A stretch of 64,000 nt of DNA from Heterodontus francisci. Its lineage: Eukaryota. The stretch spans positions 22,072,587 to 22,136,586 of the forward strand of contig NC_090388.1 in the NCBI RefSeq assembly GCF_036365525.1, written 5' to 3'. The translations under genes and the position numbers were made by a program. Positions 27,401 to 38,689 of the stretch are shown here, piece after piece. Every line of letters begins with the position of its first letter. Position 1 is the first letter of the stretch. Below the pieces are notes generated by a model that saw only the letters and a program-made list of their open reading frames with translations, ran no database searches and had not been told where the DNA came from.

Positions 27401-28260
27401 GTTCAGAAACTGCTCAGCACCTGTCAGCTGTCAGCTGTAAAACTGGCACTAGCGATTTTTTCTTTGAAGTCAGTCTGGTCATAAAGAAGAAGCCAATAGG
27501 AAATTTCTTGTCCCTGAAATTACTGGTCACGGACCTCAAAATCTTTTACCACGGACACGGACACGTTGCCGACCCCTGGTCATGACAGCCCAGGAAGCAG
27601 GCACACACTTATCAGAAGCATCTTCTGTGGCCTCATACTAGTTGGACATTAATTGAATGAAACCCCTTTCAGTTTATGAAGATGGCTGGTTGGTCCATGG
27701 AAGCCTTGATGACCACATGCGTGCAGTTGATCACACCTTGGACCTGTGGGAATCCTGCAATCACCCTAAATCCAATGGTCCTCCCGGCCTGACTCCCAGT
27801 CTTCTGTAGTGTACATAGTCGCCGGCCTTCCTGAGCAGAGCATCGGTCACTTCCTTGATGCAGGGGTGCACTACGGATTGAGAGACCCCATATATGTCGC
27901 GGTGGATCCCTGGAATGATCATAAAAGTTTAGGGCCATGGTAATTTTGAGGGCCACAGACATAGGGTGACCACCAAAATCCATTGGTTGTAAATCATTAT
28001 TCAGCAGTGCGCAGAGATGTCTGACAGCCTCTCTGGCTATACGCAGTCAATTCTGGCAGTCGTGCTCAGACATCTGCAGGTATGACATCCGAGTCCTATA
28101 GACTCACTGACGTATCTGGGCTCATCATCGCCTTGGCGGCTGCTGCTGCTCACGTCTAGGAGCTTCCTCTTGAGCCGCAGATGCCTCTTGGGCCTGCCTC
28201 TGGCAGAGATGCCGCATCAAAGCAAGGGGATCCAGGAAAACAGGGTGAGTCATACCCATC
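24400..28260 (-). pseudogene. HARBI1-like DDE transposase remnant, split by a hAT insertion
   Basis: GFPQVQGVINCTHV, GCHD|SYIL (across the insertion), GDEGYPL and LKMRFRCLDKSGGALQYAP motifs occur in the expected order. Confidence 0.88.
24786..27578 (+). mobile_element. hAT-type non-autonomous element, complete copy
   Basis: TIRs CAGGGATAGGCA / CAGGGGTCGGCA; perfect 8-bp TSD GTCATGAC at 24778-24785 and 27579-27586. Confidence 0.92.
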
Positions 28261-29966
28261 TCTATCCTCGTTGTAACATTGGCTTCCTTCAAAAGGTCAA
28301 GCACACCTATCTGGGCAAAGATTTGTGTTAATTTTGGTTCTGCAGGATTCCAGCATGAACTCTATGGCATGGCTTGAAGTTTTCACACTTTTCAATAAGT
28401 GCGAGCGATCGTGACCATACCAATACTGGATCCCCAAGAAAACAACCTATGCAGTTGCCAAGTTCTGCACTCCCCTGCCCACAATTGTACCCACTTGCAG
28501 AGTTCCCCCCCCTTCCATCCAACAGTACCCATTTGCAGAGTTCCAACCTCCTCTCACATCTGCAGATTGAGTTTAGTGGCAACGTCTGATGCTAAAAAAA
28601 ATTCCACGAGATAACACATAACTGACCTAACCATTGCAGGCACCAAGAGCTCTAACCTCGCTGGTGTCAGCTTTTCAGTGACGGGAATGTGAAGGCATGT
28701 AAGTGCCACACGTCATGCAGAAGATTGTGAATGCCTGGTAGGATCACAGTGAGTTAGTTATAAATACATGCAAAACAGTATTTAACATGTTTAAACTACG
28801 ATCCCGTTGCATTGCGGCGGAGATGTCGCCATGGAACTTCGCCACTTCTGAGAAAATCAGAAACCGGCATTATGGCATTGGGTTCCATGGCGGAAGAATC
28901 TATGCCGATTTTCCAGCCTCCCCCCACCAGCCAAAAATCCCACCTTCCAATGGAGCATAAAATCCATCCCTTAAATCATTATCCGTTGACTCCAGCTGGA
29001 ATAGTCTGTGTCTGTGATGCTTCCATGGTTCAATAGCCTGACATTTAGGGCCCAATTTTAATTCTGTAAGCAAATGAGTTTTGAGTGAGTTAAAATCAGG
29101 CCTTTACTCTCTGAAGAATCACCTTGGCCGAGGTACCAGAGGACAGCTGGCACCCATGGACTGATCATTTATTTCAATGCTGCATGTGGGATCTTGATAT
29201 ATGCCAATTGGCTGCTGATTTTTCCTACATTACAACAAAGACTACATTTCAAAAGTAAGGCCAGAGCTAGCTTAGCTGTTAAGAGATGGTTCTAATCTTG
29301 GAGAATACTGGACCGTTGGAACCAGCTGCCAGTTCATGTGGTGAACACTGACTCGCTAAATTCCTTCAAGCAAGAGCTAAAGCGGATTCTGGTCGGGGCA
29401 CAGATCACTTTGTACAAAAGGTAGGTACGCATTCATTAATTAGTCAGAATGGTCTCCTGAATTAATTTTGATTACCTAAGGGGATCAGAAAGGAAATTTC
29501 CATTTGTCCCCACAGTCCAAGTTGGCCTGTGTTTTTAAAATCTAGTTTTTCACCTCTCCCGGAAGATTACATAGCTTTTGGGTGGGGTGAGGTGTGGATA
29601 TATCAAGATATCCCAGCATCCAAGTCCATTTCCGTAAAAAAATATGCAATAATAAAAAGTAAACAAACAAATAGCTGGTTGGCAGTGCCAAGACCATCAA
29701 TGTGTTATAAACTTGATGTGTCGGAAAACACTGCCTTCCTTCAGCATGAGTTTTCAACTACTTTAAGGGTCATTCCTCAGAACAGCTGTACACATACAGA
29801 GTGCAAGAATATAAATTTCTGAAATCATGAATAGTCATTATTTTTTCAACAACCCCACCTCCCAGCATCTTACTATATTGCGAAGTTGTCATTTTGCCTC
29901 AGTTGCTGTAAGGTTTAGAGCATTTGCCTGGCTTACTTTTAGGAATAACTTTGTAATACTTTTGCT

Positions 29967-30790
29967 GTAAGGCTAAATGTAATGTCAAGATTGGATTGCA
30001 AAGCATGATGGTCAGCTTTGCTGAAATATGTCAATTTGTCAATGTTGAGAGATGTGTGTGTGGAACTGCATGTAGCCTAAAACTGAAATGTGTAATCTTG
30101 CAGCTGGAGGGGGGGGGGGGGGGGCACATTGTGGGGGCTCTGGACTGAGCTAATGCTTGCTTTATTATGAAATGGTTTTTCAAGGCTATATTCTGTCAAA
30201 CCTTTATGTAAGAACAATGGGAGAGATGGTTTGAAGACCTCAGCACTCCTTGCAAGGGGCAAGATAAGATAAATGTAAAACTGCAGAATTGCAAAAATGG
30301 TTGGTATCAGCAAGAATGTGACCTTTATGATCCTTGTTAAAATAGAAAGAAACAGGAAACATCTGTAAAGTGTGTAGATTGAACCATTAACTAACCAGGG
30401 TCTAACAATGATGTCAACCTGGACCAATTAGGATACTTGGAACGATTCATAATCTAATATGGTAAGATCCTTGCACCTCAAGAAGGATAAAAGAAAGGGG
30501 GTTTCAGGACATCGTTGGCACACTTAGAAGGAGAAGATAGGCCATGGTCACCACAACACAGCAAGAGAAGAAGAAGGAGAGAATTCCGTGCCCCAGCGTG
30601 CCCAGAAGCAAGAACTGATGCTGAGTGTTGCTGTAATCATATTGCCATTGTTTAGTATTACTTTGTAAATCTTTGTTAACTTAATAAACTCTCTGGTTTG
30701 ATTAAAGAGCGTAAGTGTGTATCTTGTAGGTCTATCTTGGTCAAGAATCCCAAGGTGAGACGGGTTGGGTATCCTCTATCTCACCTCTTG
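29967..30790 (+). mobile_element. Possible solo LTR
   Basis: Starts TGTAAGG, has AATAAA at about 30683 and an LTR-like layout; no TSD found. Confidence 0.3.
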
Positions 30791-30819
30791 TCAGGCACCA
30801 TCTACCTGAAAACTTACAT

Positions 30820-31660
30820 CGCCAGCATTCTTGCCTGGAGTCAAAGGTTGTGAGTTCAAGACCTATTCCAGTATTCAAGCTTATAATCTAGGCTGACACT
30901 TCAGTGCAATACTGAAGGTGTCCTGAATAGTTAGAAATGTTATCTTTCAGATGAGACTTTAAACTGATGACCTGTCTTTTTTAACCATTGTCAGGATGCC
31001 AGCATGGCTTGCCCATCCCAGTTGCTCTGAGAAGATAGTACTAGGCCATCTTAATGTGTTGTAATCATTTGTATTAGTTTGACATAACGGAGTGGCTTGC
31101 TAGGCCACTTTAAAGAGACTGGAGTCACGTATAGGCCAGACAAGGTAATGACAACAGATTTTCTTCCCTATCAGGACATTAGTGAGCCAGTTGTGTGAAC
31201 CATGTGAACAAAGCCAGCTTCATGATCAGTTTTGCTGATGGCAGCTTTTTACATTATATATATGAAGAAATATATATTACACATTCTGAATTCAAATTCT
31301 CAATCTGCCATTGTAAGATTTTAATTTGCCTTCTATGGATTATTAGTCAAGGACCATAACCTGACACTACACTACCATACTCAATCTGCCAGTTCAAATG
31401 GAACTCATAGCTCCCATGGCACAATTTAAAGAAGCCACATGTCCTGGACAATATTAATCCTTCATCCTACACAAACAAATCAGATTGCCTAGTTATTTAT
31501 CTCATTCACTATTTGTGGGAGCTTACCATGTGAAAATTGGCTGCCATGTTTGCTAATTGAAGTAACTGCACTTCAAAAGAATAATACATTGACTGAATTG
31601 CTTTGGGACGTCCAATGTGCATAAAAGGCACCATATAAATTCAAGTTGTTTCTTTGTTTT
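30820..31660 (+). mobile_element. DeuSINE (SacSINE1/AmnSINE1-like), interrupted at about 30985-31380
   Basis: Deu-domain-like TCTTTCAGATGAGACTTTAAAC; the two halves align to the reverse complement of 41520-41915. Confidence 0.7.
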
Positions 31661-31929
31661 CTCAATTCCTTCTCTTTTGAGAAACCTATCCATCGTCTGG
31701 TAGGATATATTTTCTGATCAGCAAAGTTCATATACAAACATTTAATGTGCTCATACTACATTCCTCATAATAAATAGCTAACTGGCAGAAACATAGAAAT
31801 GTACATTAGTATTTTGATTTAGTATTTACCAACCAATAAAGGCAAAAGCACTCATTGAAGGCTCCAAATTTTCAGCCCCACAAAATTCAAAAGCAACAAG
31901 AAATAGCACAACTAAAATAGAATTGCCTG

Positions 31930-32855
31930 GGTAACATTCATGCGAAACAAGTGCCAGGCAATGACCATCTCCAAAAGAGAGATTCTAACCATTTCCCCTT
32001 TACATTCAATGGTATTACCATCGCTGACTCCCCAAAACCTGTCCACCATCTACAAGACACAAGTCAGGAGTGTGATGGAATACTCTCCATTTGCCTGGAT
32101 GAGTGTGGCTTCAACAACAATCAGGAAGATCGACACCATAAAGGACAAAGCAGTCCACTTGATCGGCACCCCATCCATCCACCACCTTAAACATTCATTC
32201 CCTTCACCATCAACGTACAGTGGCAGCAGTGTGTAATATATACAAGACGCATTGTAGCAACTCACCACACCTCCTTTGAAAGCACCTTCCAAACCTACAA
32301 CCTCTACCACTTAGAAGGACAAAGGCAGCAGACACATGGGAACGCCACCATCTGCAAGTTCCCCTCCAAGCCACAAACCATCTTGACTTGGAAATATATT
32401 GTCGTTCCTTCACTATCACTGGATCAAAATCCTGGAACTCCCTCCCTAACAGCACTGTGAGTGTACCCACACCAGAAGGACTGCAGCAGTTCAACAAGGC
32501 AGCTCACCACCACCTTGAGAGGTGAATAGGGATGGGCAACAAATGCTAGCCTTGCCAGCAATGCTCACATCCCATAAAATACATTTAAAAAAAATAATTT
32601 CATGCATTGCAAGGGCTAATAGGCAGCATATAGTCTCTATCCCATAGTTTGGGCACCTTCTGCAGCAGAGAATCTTCAATCTATTGCTTCACATAAGCAC
32701 ATTTTATATGGAACTGATTCTGAGGTGTCAATTGCTTAACTGGACTGCAGCAGTCAAAAAGGCAGCTCACCACCACCTTCAAGAGCAATTAGGGATGGGC
32801 AGCAAATGCTGGCCATACCAGCGAGGCTCACATCCCACGAAATGAATCTTTAAAA
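31930..32855 (+). mobile_element. CR1/L2-group LINE 3' fragments
   Basis: STIYKTQVRSVMEYSPFAW motif; two copies of the GGGATGGGCA tail. Confidence 0.8.
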
Positions 32856-33925
32856 ACTTGACCAGTAACAAGGTTGATTCATTTACCATCAAGCTCTTTT
32901 TCATCATCTGCCATGGGTTCACAGGTACTTAAAACTGACTGCCTCTTATCCCTTTTTGAGGCACAATTTCCTCTAAGTGGAATGTATAATATTCCCAATG
33001 ATTTGCAACCATAGTAGTAAATTACAGCTAGAAATCTGCTGGGATTCTTTTAAATGTTTATTCCTTTTCTTTAATCTACACCTATCTACTGAGATGGACT
33101 ACTGGGTCAGAGCTGCTTGATTTTAAGTCATTTTAATGCAAATTACAACTCGTTATTTTGTTGCTTTTTAAAAAAAATAAAAATGGCTCAATAACAGTGG
33201 CTCACCCTCAATGCTATTTAATATTCGATTCAGTCTGCATATATTTTAGCAGCATGCAACTGAAAGTACAGGAGACCAATCCATTTTAATCTTTCAAATG
33301 CTTGAGTTCTGGTTCCAAAAACACAAGGAACAAATCAAAGAACACAAGCCTCTGTAGCTGTTACTACGTTAAACATTTATTGTTAGACTATTTTTGACTC
33401 ATTGAGACCAAAGTTTAGAAATTACTGTTCGTAATAGTAGTAGACAAATGTTTAAAAGATGTGTTAGTCATCAGAAAAATATACAAGTCAGTAAAAGAAA
33501 AATCTCATATTTGATCTACAGTATCTACTTCTAAAATTGCCATTGCACTGCTGAAGCTACTGCAAGTGAGCATAGCAAGTTAAAGTCTTAATTGTATACC
33601 ATAACTATAAACAAATCGATTTACAAATGTAAAGTACTCACTTTCCAATGTGTTGAATAGAATATATGCAGATAACAGAGACCATTCATTTTGCAATGAC
33701 CAATTTATAATTTCTGAATATGGGACTCTGCACTTGCAAAGAACATTCTGACATGTGAAGCTAACCTCAAACTTGTAATAGAAGATTGCATGTCATTAAA
33801 TTAATGAGTTTTTTTTATTCTTTCATGAGATGTGCATCCCTTATTGCCCTTGACAATTGAGTGGCTTGCTGGCCACCCCCTGCAGATCTGGGGTCACATG
33901 TACAGCAGACCAGGTAAGATAAGAT

Positions 33926-34108
33926 AAAAGCGAAATACTGCGGATGCTGGAAATCTGAAATAAAAACAAGAAATGCTGGAACCACTCAGCAGGTCTGGCA
34001 GCATCTGTGGAAAGAGAAGCAGAGTCACTGACCCGAAACGTTAACTCTGCTTCTCTTTCCACAGATGCTGCCAGACCTGCTGAGTGGTTCCAGCATTTGT
34101 TTTTATTT
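33926..34108. mobile_element. Palindromic Penelope terminal insertion
   Basis: Two inverted copies of the Penelope end, flanked by the direct repeat CAGGTAAGATAAGAT (33911-33925 and 34109-34123). Confidence 0.85.
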
Positions 34109-34503
34109 CAGGTAAGATAAGATCTTGATCCAAATGGGGTTTTACAACGATTCATGGTACTACCATTACTGTTACTAGCTTTTAATTCCAGATTTTTATT
34201 TATTAACTGATTGAATTTACTAACTAAATTTCACCTACTGCCATAGCAGGATTTAAACCGCTTACCCCCAAGCAGTACCTTAACATTCAAATACTAGTTT
34301 AGGGACGTTACCACTACACCATCATCTCCCCAAGTATAAGCAAATGCAGTTTTACAGGATATGTACTACTTAACGGATTATACTTCGTAATGTTAAGTAA
34401 TTGAAAAAAAACTGAAAGTCCCGCACGGAGAACAGTACAGCAAGTTTTCATCCGCCGCTACTGCATTCATCCAAACGAACAAGCGTTTTGCCTTCATACC
34501 CAC

Positions 34504-34669
34504 CGTTCACAGATGTCCCAATACTGTATAGGTATGTAATTGACGGGTATTTTGTGTTGATGTCACGTAAAAACGATTCCAATTCTGTTGTATTGTGGTA
34601 TTTAAATTCCAGCTCGGTCGTGTAAGCAATAATCGCCCAAATCCACAGAAGTTTTATGTTGCGGAACAT
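34504..34669 (-). CDS. CPM: Carboxypeptidase M-like, first coding exon (signal peptide and start of the mature enzyme); the exon probably extends to an acceptor at 34684
   Basis: Translates MFRNIKLLWIWAIIAYTTELEFKYHNTTELESFLRDINTKYPSITYLYSIGTSVN(G), matching the M14B N-terminus (F-x-Y-H ... L-x-S-I-G-x-S-V-x-G). Upstream acceptor ttctgttctttcAG; donor G|GTGGGT in phase 1 (166 coding nt). Confidence 0.9.
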
Positions 34670-34829
34670 CTTTTAAAAGGCTTCCTGAAAGAACAGAAAT
34701 GTAAGTTGCAGTATACCCGCTGTCAACGTCCAGTTCTCTCGAACTTGGCAATAAGAAATATCTGTAACATTACTATTCTTGCAATCTAGCTTTAAATCTT
34801 AATTCTTAAAATGTGCGATGAATAGATTA

Positions 34830-35130
34830 CCACACTAAAAAGATAACTGGAAAAAAGTGTTTCCTAATCTGGCTACTCTTCCAGAGACTCCAGCAAACAC
34901 CCATCCCACGTTAGTGATTGCTTTAAAAGCCGAACTGTGCTGCTACGATTCACCAACCAGCACCCGGCTCGTTTGATCGACAGCAGAAGTAGCCGTACAT
35001 AACGTTCCAAAATGTAACAAACCGAGCGCTAATCAACATACAGAAAGGCGAGTCTCCCCCGCAACTCCCTTCACCTCTATATACAAACTGCATTTGATTA
35101 AGGGATAAGACGCCAGTTTTGCCTCTAAGG
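34830..35130 (-). promoter_or_regulatory. Putative promoter and non-coding first exon of the CPM-like gene
   Basis: Apparently non-repetitive and relatively CpG-retaining sequence just upstream of an acceptor-bounded ATG exon. TATATA at 35078-35083, GATAA at about 35104, possible donor GTG|GTAATC near 34828. Confidence 0.4.
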
Positions 35131-35219
35131 TATCTATAAGTCGTAGTATTAGAAAAATGCTAATGCAAATGTACAGTGTAAACATAACCTGAAATGGCAA
35201 GGGTAATAAGACATCTCAT

Positions 35220-35330
35220 GTACTTTATTGAAAGAAACTGATCTGTATTGCACTTCATGAAATGTCCAATTTGAATTATTTTGTAATTTTTTAAAATTAA
35301 TTTTATGAATAAAATATATTTTAAGAAAAG
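35220..35330 (+). mobile_element. Tx1/L1-like LINE 3' tail
   Basis: GAAACTGAT ... TTTTATGAATAAAATATATTTT, as at 46049-46160. Confidence 0.65.
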
Positions 35331-35407
35331 AATCAGTGCTAAATGTCGATTAATAAGCAATTAATCTGCTGAACTGTAGTACTCGAAGTTGAGTCATCTC
35401 CTTAAGC

Positions 35408-35530
35408 ATAGCAAAATACTGAGGATGCTGTAAATCTAAAACAAAAGCAGATGTTAGAAACACACAGCAGGTCAGGCAACACATGAAAAGAAAGAGAGTT
35501 AATATTTCAGATTGATGGGCATTCATCAGG
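35408..35530 (-). mobile_element. Degraded Penelope terminal fragment
   Basis: AGCAAAATACTGAGGATGCTG ... TTCATCAG, similar to 55610-55740. Confidence 0.65.
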
Positions 35531-35975
35531 AAGTTCTTCTACGTTAAACCTCTGTTTAATATCTCAACTTTTGTTGTTCCTATCACAAAAAGGCAGTAAA
35601 CCCAAACACAGCTCTTCAACCTCTTCACTGTATTTTTGTGTCAGAGTAATAAACTTGCATTTGGACAACACACTCAACCTGAACCACAAGGAATCATTTA
35701 ACTGATTAAAGGAGAATTCCTTACATATTGGAATCCCTTGGTGGGTTGAGTTAAAGTGTTGAAAGAAAAGTAGGTTTATTGCTAGGCATAGTTCCGATGG
35801 GAGTGAGAGGGTTTACGACCAAGTGCAATAAGTAGATCGTCCCTTGGGTTATTGGAAGGAGTTTAGTTTGCAGCCAAGTGAAATAGATAGGGAATGTAAG
35901 GGAACAGTTGCAACTACGTGAAATAAATCAGTGGACAGTCTGTTGAGGACAAGTTGAATACTGGAGTTAGGTGCC

Positions 35976-36583
35976 ATGGCAGAAGATTTGGTCCGTATTA
36001 TTCAGGAATATGTAGACAAGAAGCTTGAAGATCATTGATGTCTGAGGTAGTCATTCTGTAACCGATATCAGAATTACATAAAGGATTACAGAAGGAAAAG
36101 AAAATTAAACAGCATGATTGGAAAACCTTGATTATTCTGTGACAAACACAGAAAATAATTAAATGAAAAGAGGAAGTAGGAGGAGAGAAGCGTGTGACCG
36201 AGATGAATAAGAGTAGGTTGTGTGAGGCCGAGAAGAAGTTAGAGGACAAAATGCAGCATTGTCAGTTTCTGTCTGGATCACTAACTTATTTACTGGCTGA
36301 GATTAGTGATAAGATCGAAAAACTGATGCAAAGTGAGGCAGAGCTGGGAGAAAAGAAGGGACTGGTAGAACAATACCAAAATAAAATTGATGAACTGGGT
36401 GCTGTCCGAAGGGGTGTTCTGGAAGACCAAAAAACTGCTGGAAAAGGAGGCAATCATGTGATAGGTCAAAACCAGATTCAGGAACTGAAAGATCATTTTG
36501 AAGCAACAGTGGGGTGTTATGTTTGCTCTAGCGGGTTGACAGGTTGGAGAACAGAAGAGTTCAGGGGGTGTGGAATACAATGA
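35976..36583 (+). other. Disrupted coiled-coil ORF remnant, possibly gag-like
   Basis: GCCATGG start, stops and frameshifts, then a 129-aa E/K/Q/L-rich open stretch; identity not recognised. Confidence 0.35.
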
Positions 36584-37065
36584 TAAAGGCTGTGTGGGAA
36601 AATGCATACAGAAGGGAAGAACAGGGCAACTTAAATGTTAAAGTTAAAAATTAAGAACTCTCTGAGTTGCAGCAGACTGAAGCCCCAGGTACAGAATTGG
36701 AGAAGGTGAAGGAACCAGAGAAGATAACTTCGAGGAGGCTGCAACTTGGCAGAGGAACACAGAAATCACTGCAGAAAAGAGATAGCATTGATCACTGGGG
36801 TTAATTCTGGTGGAGGGCTGCCATGGAAAGGGGAGCTGGATAGAAAGTCTGAAGGCAAGCAAGATGTGTCCATAAAATGCAATGCAAATGAAGAAAACTC
36901 ACTGATATAGCACATTGAAGCACCAGTGCAGAGGTGGAAAGGGTGAAAGAACTCCAAATGCCTGTTCGATGGAAATCACTACACATTGCCAGCCAGTGAT
37001 CCAGGCTAGAGAAGTCGCGCTCAACAGTTGGCATCGAACACAATTGTGTTGGACACAATGACACA

Positions 37066-37648
37066 ACTGAACAAACTAAGATGAAATAAAATAAATGCAA
37101 AAAAAGATTGTAAAAAATGTAAAAAAAGAAAGAAAAAAAGAAAAAAGAAAAAACAACTAAAAATGAAAGCAAAATGGGGGCTGTCATGCTCTGAAATTAT
37201 TGAACTCAATGCTCAGTCCGGCAGGCTGTAGTGTGCCTAATCGGTAGATGAGATGCTGTTCCTCAAGCTTGCGTTGATGTTCACTGGAACACTGCAGTTT
37301 GTTCAGTTTGCTTACCCACTGTTTTTTTTCATGTTTGCACTTGCTGCTGTTCAATATTCAGTCCGTTAACACCTTTTTAGTACTAATGCTTTGTCTTTCA
37401 ACACACCATTAACATATTGTTTGCCTTTGCTCCATGACCTTTTGGTCAGCTATGTGGCCTTGTCCAATCTACACCTTCTCCTTTGTTATCTCTTGCCCCA
37501 CCCCCACCTCACTTGCTTATAACCTGTGACATTTTTAATATTTGTCAGTTCCGAAGAAGGGTCACTGACCCGAAACATTAACTCTGCTTCTCTTTCCACA
37601 GATGCTGCCAGACCTGCTGAGTGGTTCCAGCATTTCTTGTTTTTATTA
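37066..37648. mobile_element. Penelope-like element with internal inversion
   Basis: 37066-37297 matches 55997-56237 directly; 37298-37645 is the reverse complement of about 55645-56006. Confidence 0.88.
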
Positions 37649-38689
37649 CAGCAAATTGGGAGCTCTGCAGTCAGAGGCAAACATTGAAGAGGAAGTTAAT
37701 ACAGAACCTCTGACACTGGGTGAAGAAAGGACAAGTGAAATTATGAAAAAGAAGGAAATAGCGAAGGCAGAAGTACTGGAAGCTGATGAGAAAGTTGAAG
37801 AAATGAATGAACAGGCTGAAGAGGTTGCAGCAAAACCGGGTCAGGAAGCAGAGGAGCAGAATACGGAGAAAAGTGAAGAGACGCCCAAGTCAGCACTTCA
37901 GCTAATTGCGAGTAGCCTGAATTCTTCAACGCACTTTGGTGAGCTACAGATTGCTGTTATCAGCTTCTTCATGGAGAGAAAGCTAACGGTCATTTCCATC
38001 AGTATCAAGAAATCCAGAAAACATGGTCATGTAACCTGAAAGGACCTAAGTACAGCAATGAAGTACAGTAGGGAACAGTTGCTGGGCCGTGACCTGCAAT
38101 TGTGGGGATTACAGCAGATTCAGAAACCTGTGGCAACTGTCCAGGGCAAGAAAGAAAAGCTTAAGGAATCCGACCGACACTCAATGATCCTGCCCTCAGC
38201 TAGAAGAAAAAGTTTGGAAAACATCCTCTTTAAGAAAAACAAGAAGGAGCCCACATCTCTATTGAAGAAGAAAAGGAGAAAAAGCAGGAATAATTTGAAA
38301 AAACAGAGGAAGAGGAAGAAGCTCTTAGGTCAATAGTCTATTTCAGCTACCTGATTTCCCCTGAATCCCCCCATCACTTAGCCTGAAGTCCATCCTTCAA
38401 TGCACAGCTACCTTGCAAGAACGTTTGGTTTGTGTGCAATAGGATAATAAAGATATTGAAAAAGGAATCAAAACCTTAGGAGATTTCTCAATGGATGTTA
38501 ACAAAATTCTTGTAACATTTATTTAGAAGGAAAGAAACGTACATTACATTACTCAAATAGCTACCTGTTAAGTGGTAAGGTTAGTATTACCAAGGTTTTA
38601 GTTGGTTTAATTTATTACTAATTACTAATTAGAAACTGCAGCTTGGACAGAGTGTGAGGCAGTGAGTTGGTGTGAGAGGGAGTTCAGTG

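Larger units (their letters stand above)
22565..28970. mobile_element. Decayed autonomous-type PIF/Harbinger transposon with convergent Myb and DDE transposase genes
   Basis: TIRs GGACTGGATTTTA ... TAAAATCCATCCC; Myb-like gene on the plus strand and HARBI1-like transposase on the minus strand. Confidence 0.85.
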
